Assembly: GCF_009914755.1 (NCBI RefSeq) | Contig: NC_060935.1 | Length of the DNA: 64,000 bases | DNA from: the human T2T-CHM13v2.0 reference genome, Homo sapiens | Strand: one strand, 5' to 3' | Shown here: one piece after another, positions 56,492-64,000 of the stretch | How positions within the stretch are numbered: the stretch's first letter is position 1 | Layout of the letters: each line of letters opens with the position of its first letter | Notes under the pieces: model-generated | Told to the model about the DNA's origin: nothing | What the model saw: the letters and a program-made list of their open reading frames with translations, nothing else | Database searches by the model: none | Program-made: the position numbers and the translations under genes

Positions 56492-56621
56492 ATGCTAGTA
56501 TGAGTGTTTTTGTTACTATAGCTTTGTAGTATATTTTAAAGTTAGGTAGTGTGATGCTAATATGATAGTGTTTTTGTTACTATAGCTTTGTAGCATATTT
56601 TAAAGTTAGGTAGTGTGATGC
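56492..56621. repeat. About 63-bp tandem duplication within L1
   Basis: gtgtttttgttactatagctttgtag(t/c)atattttaaagttaggtagtgtgatgc x2. Confidence 0.9.
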
Positions 56622-57399
56622 CTCCAGCTTTGTGATTTTTGCTCAGTATTTCTTTGGCTATTTAGACTTTTTGTGGTTACCCATGAATTTGATATTGTTT
56701 TCTCAATTTCTGTGAAGAATGCCATGGGTATTTGATAGAAACTGCACTGAATCTGTAGATTGTTTTAGGTAATATGGTCATTTTAACAATATTGATTTTC
56801 CAATCCATAAACTTGGGGTGTCTTTCCATTTTTTTGTGTCCTCTTCAATTTCTTTCATCATTGTTTTGTACTTTTTATTGTAGAGATATTTTACTTCCTT
56901 TGTTAAGTATATTCTTAGGTATTTTTTAGGAGTAGTTATTATAAATGGGATTGCTTTTTTGCTTTTTTTCTAGCTAGTTTGTTATTAGTGTGTGGAAGTA
57001 AACACCAAGTGGTTTTTGTATGTGTATTTTGCACCCTGAGTCTTTACTGAAATTTGTTCATCAGTTCTAAGACTATTTTGATGAAGTCTTTAGGTTTTTT
57101 AAAAATATATAAGATTATGTCATTTGCAAAGATGGACAATTTGACTTCCCCCTTTTCAATCTGGACGCACTTTGTTTCTTTTTCTTGCCTTATTGCTCTG
57201 TCTAGGACTCCAGTACTTTGTTAAATAAGAGTGGTAGAAGTGGGTATCCTTGTTCCAGTTCTTAGAGGAAGGCTTTCAACTTTTACCATTTGGTACGAGG
57301 TTAACCATGAGTTTTTAATATATAGCCTTATTGTATTGAGGAATGTTCCTTCTATACCTGATTTGTTTAGAGTTTTTATCCTGAAGGGATGTTGAATGT

Positions 57400-58405
57400 G
57401 GGAAAACAAACCGAGAAGACAAATGATTTCTCATCAGAAATAATGGGAACCAGAAGAAAATTAAATCACATCTTTAAAATTGTTAAAGAAAAAAGATAAT
57501 TATAATATTCATAAATTTAAGGTTAAAATGTAAAATGCTATTTTAAAATTTATTTGAAAATGATTAACTATTTAGAACAAAAATAACAATTTATGATGGA
57601 ATTTATAAGTGAAATATCATATATTAAGAGCACAAATATGGGAGGGCAGTAAATGTAATTATACTTTAAAAAGTCTCATGCATATTTGCGGGAGTGGTAT
57701 CATAATAATTTGTGGTAGGCTGTGGTAAGAATGCAGCCGCAAAATAAAATGAAAAAATATAGCTAAAAAGCCAACATAGCAGAAAAAAATTCTCTATAAA
57801 TTCAAAAAGAGGTTGGAAAGGAGAAACCAAAGAACAAAGAAAAGAAGGAGTAAATAAAAAACATATGGGAAGATGGTATATACACGCTCCAATAAGAGCA
57901 AGTTAAAAAGAAAAAGTATGAATTACATGCTATTTACAAGAGGCACACCTTACATATGAGAAAAAAGTTACAAATAAAAGGGAAGAGCAATAAGTATCAC
58001 GCAAATATAAGTATAGACAAGACAATGCAGCTATTAAGACAAAGTAGAATTCTGGATCAGACAGATTATCAGCAATTAAAAAGAGCATTGCTTAATGATA
58101 AAAATGGTTAATTTATCAGCAAGATAGAACAAATCTTAATATACTTACATCTAATAATAGATTCAAAATATAGAAAATAAAAATTGTTAGAGCTAATGGG
58201 AGGGATGGACAAATCCATAATAACAGTTGTGGATTTAAGCCCATCTCCTTCAGTAATTGGTAAGACAAGTAGATAAAAATATGCATAGATATTGAAGATT
58301 AGAACCACACTATTCGCTAACCTGACTTAATGGATTTCACTCAACATCCACAGGACACACGTGGGATGTCAGAATGAAACATATGTTGTGCCATAAAACA
58401 AATCT
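57400..58405 (+). mobile_element. Ancient L1M fragment (ORF1 end / ORF2 start)
   Basis: A-rich, with endonuclease-region phrases (tgctatttacaagaggcacacct, gacaaatccataataacagttg). Confidence 0.55.
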
Positions 58406-58664
58406 TAAAGATAAAATTTACAATCCAGGCTCAAAATTGAGGATCTTGTACTTAGCATCAACTCCATATTTACATGAGAATAGACACCTCCATTCAAAAG
58501 GGTGAGAAACAGGAGGCACAATGCAGTCACTATTCCGTAGCAATTTTGAATCCAATTTGGCACATTATTGGTATCCTCCACTCTGGCAGCAGAGAATCTT
58601 CCTTTATTACAGCTCAATTATGTTCCCTAGGACTGGTTTCCTGATCCATAGTTATGTACAGATA

Positions 58665-58997
58665 CAATAGTCCCCCCTTACCTTGTCCAAGGGGGATACA
58701 GTCCACGACTCCTGCAGTAGATGCCTGAAGCTGTGGATAGTACTGAACTCTATACATAGTAACAGATGGGTAGTGTATTCAATGTGGATATGCTGAACAA
58801 AGGGAGGGACGATTCATTTCCCAGGTGGGATAGAGCAGGATGGCTTGGAATTTCAACACTTTACTCCGGACAGGACACAATTTAAAACTTACAAATTGCT
58901 CATTTCTGGAATTTTCTATTTAATATTTTTATATTGCATTGACCGCGGGTAACTGCAACTGTGGAAAGTAAACCTGCAGGTAAGTGGAACCTACTAT
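58665..58997 (+). mobile_element. MER44A-type DNA transposon
   Basis: agtccccccttacc...gatgcctgaagctgtggatagtactgaac...aatttaaaacttacaaattg...gtaactgcaactgtggaaag. Confidence 0.75.
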
Positions 58998-59237
58998 ATT
59001 GGTTTCACTGTCAGGGTCTGTTTTCTGAGAACTCTCCCATTTATATAAAAAACAGAGATAATAGTCTTAATGAGCTTTTTGAAGATTGATAGAATATGTA
59101 TTTCTGGCACACAGGAAGCACTTAATATTATCTATTACTAATAACTAGTATTTGAAAATATAAATTTGAGGCTGAATAATATCTTTTTACATAGTAATTG
59201 TTTAACCAATACTTTATTATAGGAGAAGTGGATTAAT

Positions 59238-59249
59238 TTCTTTCTTTTC

Positions 59250-59280
<31 letters not shown>

Positions 59281-59563
59281 GAGACCGAGGGAGTCTCGCT
59301 CTGTCCCCTAGGCTGGAGTGCAATGACGCAATCTCAGCTCACGGCAACCTCCGCCTCCTGGATTCAAGCGGTTCTCCTGCCTCAGCCCCTCAAGTAGCTG
59401 GGATTACAGGCACACGCCACCATGCCAGGCTAATTTTTGTACTTTTAGTAGAGATGGGGTTTCACCATGTTGGCCAGGCTGGTCTCAAACTCTTAACTTC
59501 ATGATCTGCCCACCTCAGCCTCCCAAAGTCCTGGGATTATAGGCATGAGCCACCGCAACTGGC
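59238..59563 (-). mobile_element. AluS element with (TTTTC)n tail
   Basis: Full antisense Alu. Confidence 0.93.
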
Positions 59564-60346
59564 CTATTTTCATTTTTATGTATGATGCTATAATAAACAA
59601 CAAATTTGTTCTGATTGTTCTCTGTTTGACCCTGGTTCTCTAGGTTTTTGTCTGCCTTTCCCTGTGCCCTAGGAGACTGACTTCTGTGGACTGATTCACC
59701 CAGTCTCCCCTCCCTTCTTGCTGCCAGTTGAGTTTGGTCCATGGAGACAGGGCAAGAAATGGAAGATTTTGAGCAAAGAGACGCTGGGGTATTTGCCTCC
59801 CTGTCTCTTCCTTGCATGGCCATAGTTCTGTCATAGTTTCTTTTTATTTCTGATGCCACAGTTTCTACCAAGTGGTTTATCTGCTTAGATCTAACTGTCA
59901 CTGGACTCTGATAATGTTGCACCCTTCTTCTATGGCACACCTTTTAAGTCTAGGGCTGAGAAAGCTTCCTGCTATTGCTAGCGTGTTAGTGCTCTGCCAC
60001 ATTTTATTGGTTTCCTTACCTATAACCACTGCAGATAACCCTTTTTAAATATTTTTTTAGTTAAAAATCTATTGAGTGAGCTATCTCTTCTCAGCTGGTA
60101 ACTGGACAAAGTATTATACTTGCCACTTTATATCACTTTATGCTCATGTAGTTCTTTCCAAGAAGAGAAATTACAGAGTCAAATTGTAGAAATATTTAAA
60201 AATCTTTGGCACACATAAACAGTATCCATATAATTTATACCATCTTTTAGATGAGTTTTAACACCAAATGATAGAAATCTCAGTTTCATACAGATTTGGT
60301 GGGCTGGAACCAAATACTTGCCTGATAGGCTGTCCCCTCGTCTTTC

Positions 60347-61264
60347 CTAGCTGTTCTGGGAAAGGCAGTTCCTGGTAAGAACTCTCCCTACGGCCCCTTT
60401 CATCTCACTGTTCCTCAGGGCATAGATAAGTGGGTTGAGCAGTGGGGTTCCCAATGTGTACACCAGTGAGATGAACCGATCTTGCTTGGGGTTGTAGCTG
60501 GAGCTGGGGCACAGGTACATGAAGGCACAGCAGCCATACTGCAGCAGCACCACAGTGAGGTGGGAAGAGCAGGTGGAGAAGGCCCGGTGGCGGCCAGCAG
60601 CCGAGTGGATCTTGAGCAGAGCAGCCACTATGAAGGTGTAGGAGGTGGTGATGAGGAAGAAAGGCACAGCAATGGCTAGTATGGCTGCCACCAGCACTGA
60701 CTGCTCATGAATGTGACTCTGAGCACAAACAACATGCATGACTGGTGGCACATCACAAAAGAAGTGCTCAATGCCCTGAGCCTGGCAGAATGGCAGAGAG
60801 AAGATGAAGGCCACCAGTTGTAAGGACAGGAACAGACCACTGATGACTGATGCCACAACCAAGTGGACACAAAGAGTCAATGTCATGAGGAGAGGGTACT
60901 GCAACGGGTGGCAAATGGCCACATAGCGGTCATAGGCCATGGCAGCCAAGAGGAAGCAATCAGCACTGCCCAGTGCAATGAAGAAAGCCATCTGGGTGGC
61001 ACAGCCCAGGAGAGTGATGGTCTTCTCTGACTGTAGGGTGTTGGCCAGGATATGGGGCACCACCACTGCAGTGTAGCATATTTCAATCCCAGAAAGGCTG
61101 CCCAGGAAATAGTACATGGATGTGCATAGACAGGTTTCTGTGTGAATGGACACCACAATGAGAATGTTCCCAGTGATGATCAAACCATAAACCAGGCTGA
61201 CCCCAAGGAAGGACAGAATATGCAGTTCTGGGCAGGAGGGATAGGCCAGGAACACAAATTCCAT
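60347..61264 (-). CDS. OR10W1: Olfactory receptor family 10 subfamily W member 1 (305 aa from first ATG)
   Basis: Intact OR frame with [19 protein letters not shown] and [12 protein letters not shown]. The first true ATG is at 61264; the track start at 61270 is a non-ATG codon. Confidence 0.92.
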
Positions 61265-61707
61265 CAACACTGAGTGATTTTCCCAGGTAATTGAGCTAAC
61301 AGTATTTCTCTGTGGAGAGCTACAAGTACAGAAGGAAGAATCAGACTGAAGATAAATTAAGTTACACTCTGAGCCATGAATCTAATGTAATCAGCACTGG
61401 AGTTAGAAACTGGAAGGATCAAGACTAGTTCTTTTTCTTTTCTCCACTTTTACCAAGTTTCTCCACATTAATATCTACACCTCAATTTCTACCTGCCAAG
61501 AGTTGGGCCAAACTATGTAAGATACTATTGAAGAAAAATGGCAGAGGAAGTGGGTGGGATTCAGGAGCTATTTTCAGAAAGAGTGGAATGAAAATTCAAT
61601 TCTTTCAGCAAATTCACAAGAAAGTGTCAAGGAATTCTTGGGGCTAGAAATCATTAAGGTAAGGGAGATAAGCCATTTATTCATTCACTTATTCATTCAC
61701 ATATTTA

Positions 61708-61782
61708 TTAGGTTGGTGCAAAAGTAGTTGCGGTTTTGCCATTTTGATGGCAAAAACTGCAATTACTTTTGCACCAACCTAA
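61708..61782. mobile_element. MADE1 (Hsmar1-derived mariner MITE)
   Basis: ttaggttggtgcaaaagta...tacttttgcaccaacctaa palindrome with TA TSDs. Confidence 0.93.
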
Positions 61783-62619
61783 TATTTACACTCAATATCT
61801 CCTGGGGTATTGAATAAGTGATATGTCAATGTAACTCTCAAAACTAGTGATGGGAAGTGAAGAAAGAAAAAAAATTACCCATGAAGCAAAGGGCTAACAG
61901 AGGCCTGAGTATGACAGTGTCAGGGATACGCCTCAGAAAGCAAAGCCCTGTCTACTATTGGTTTTTCTATCCTTATCTGACCAGAAGTATAAGGCTTGAA
62001 GGAAACAAGGTGTTTTATCATATGTTTCCTCCTGGCGTGGGTGGAGGTATGAGAAAATATGTGATCCCAAGATGTTGGAAATCTAAGAAGCCTTCCTGTG
62101 AATTTGGGCATGATTATGAAAGTCTAAGCCCATCTATTTTTCATATTTCTCAGAAGCTAATGTGAAATCTGGGAGAAGCCATATCTTTTCCACAAAAACC
62201 TTTTAATAAACAGACGTAATTTGCAAAGGGCATCCATTCCACTTCTTTTCCCAGACCAACTCATATTAAATAAGGTGGAAAAGACGTAATGTGTGGCCTT
62301 GTTTCAACGTGCCAAATTTTAATATTTCCTGTCATTGAATATGAGATTTGAAGAGAAATCTCTACCCAGAGGCACCACTTCCAGTAAAAATTATTCACAC
62401 AAACCCACCTCAGTGTCACAAGCATGGGGAAAAATATGAGTAGGCAGCTACAAATATTAAGAGCACCTAGGGCAGAAATGGCTCTCTGCTGTTTTTCCAA
62501 CAGCTAACAAGTGGTATCTATTTCAGTTGGTCTCTTTTCCTGAGCTGAACTTCAATAATGCTTTGAGTGGTTTCTAATGCCACTTAGCATATTGCACATT
62601 ATACTATATCATGTGGAGG

Positions 62620-62870
62620 AGGGGCAGTGTATCAATGTGAAATCAGCAGTGAAGGGAAGTGATGTGGTTTGAATAATTCCAGCTCCTGGCTTCATGATGT
62701 TAGGTAATATATAATTTCTCTAAGCCTCAATTTCTGTATTTGAAAAATGGGAATAATAATTATACTTAGACAAAAGAATTGCTGTAAGTTTAAATGCAAT
62801 AGTAATGTAAGATATCACAATGAACTGTCCATAGTAATGGCAACCTAATAAAAGATAATCATCATTATTA
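62620..62870 (+). mobile_element. MIR
   Basis: ctctaagcctcaatttctgtatttgaaaaatgggaataataat core. Confidence 0.65.
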
Positions 62871-63734
62871 TTTATAAATTCAAGGGCAGCCATTCTGCTT
62901 TATTTACATTTTGATCATCCCATATAAGCACGCCTAATGTTGTGCAAATTTTAGACACTCAATAATTATATGTCGAATGGATAATACAGCTTGAAAATGT
63001 TATTTATACATTTTCTTCATTTTCTACTTTCACTTTGCCGTGCAATGAAAGATTTAAGATTATTCATAATCAAATCACTTGTTTAGGAGTCCTTATATAA
63101 AACAACTTCGTATCTAAGATTTGGGCTGCACTGTGGAAATAATTCTATCATTCAAGAACATAGCATATGGAAGTCTACAACAGGCACACATCTAAAGGCT
63201 AGTCTACCATCTATATTATTATACAGAGACAGTTTGAAATCTGTGTCACAATGACAACTTCTGAGAATTTTATTGTAGTCTATTACATTCATATCATCTT
63301 TTCAAAAAGTTATATTTTGTTTTTAATTGACAATAATAATTGTACAATGTGATGCTTTGATACATATACACATTGTGGAATGATCAAATCAGGCTAATCA
63401 GCATATCCGTCATGTCATATAGTTATCATCTGAATACTGCTCTCTATAATATTTGTAATCTGAACACTCCACCTATAATAAAATATTTAAAATATTTACA
63501 TCAGAGCTATTATAAGTCATAAATTCTAACTGCAAGAAGGGACCTCAAAAATGGCCAATTTGATCCCCAGTTATTAGATACTTGAATTTCCAATACAGTG
63601 TGTAGACACTGGGTCACCTTCAATGCCCAGGGAATCCCATTATCTCCTGGTTTGCTTGCTCTGCTGTGGAAAGACTGGATTCTCTGAAAGTCATTTCTGT
63701 AATAAACTGAAGCCTGCCTCTGTGCAACTTCTAA

Positions 63735-64000
<266 letters not shown>

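Larger units (their letters stand above)
53630..57398 (-). mobile_element. L1MA element interrupted by a younger L1PA
   Basis: 3'UTR at 53630; resumes at ~55776 with ORF2 antisense sequence to ~57398. Confidence 0.82.

Overview
Primate (almost certainly human) AT-rich, LINE-1-dense olfactory receptor (OR) cluster. It matches my recollection of the 11q12.1 OR1S1-OR10Q1-OR10W1 interval. There are three intact single-exon OR reading frames: OR1S1 (+, 8161-9138), OR10Q1 (-, 21325-22284) and OR10W1 (-, 60347-61264). An EIF4A2 processed pseudogene (-, about 34819-36532) sits inside an old L1. The rest is mostly L1, Alu, MIR, LTR and DNA-transposon relics, and almost all short ORFs in the track are repeat-derived noise. 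I found no new protein-coding system. The most interesting structure is architectural. (1) A large inverted duplication at the left edge has a perfectly homogenised 169-bp tract just upstream of the likely OR1S1 promoter. (2) A pair of inverted L1PA elements shares a 343-bp identical patch and brackets a 2-kb segment that appears flipped relative to its ancestral orientation. (3) The EIF4A2 retrocopy was apparently made from an exon-skipped transcript. (4) OR10W1 appears to have lost its ancestral start codon. (5) A human-specific AluYa5 lies next to the OR10Q1 splice acceptor. Repeat subfamily names and most repeat boundaries are by-eye estimates.
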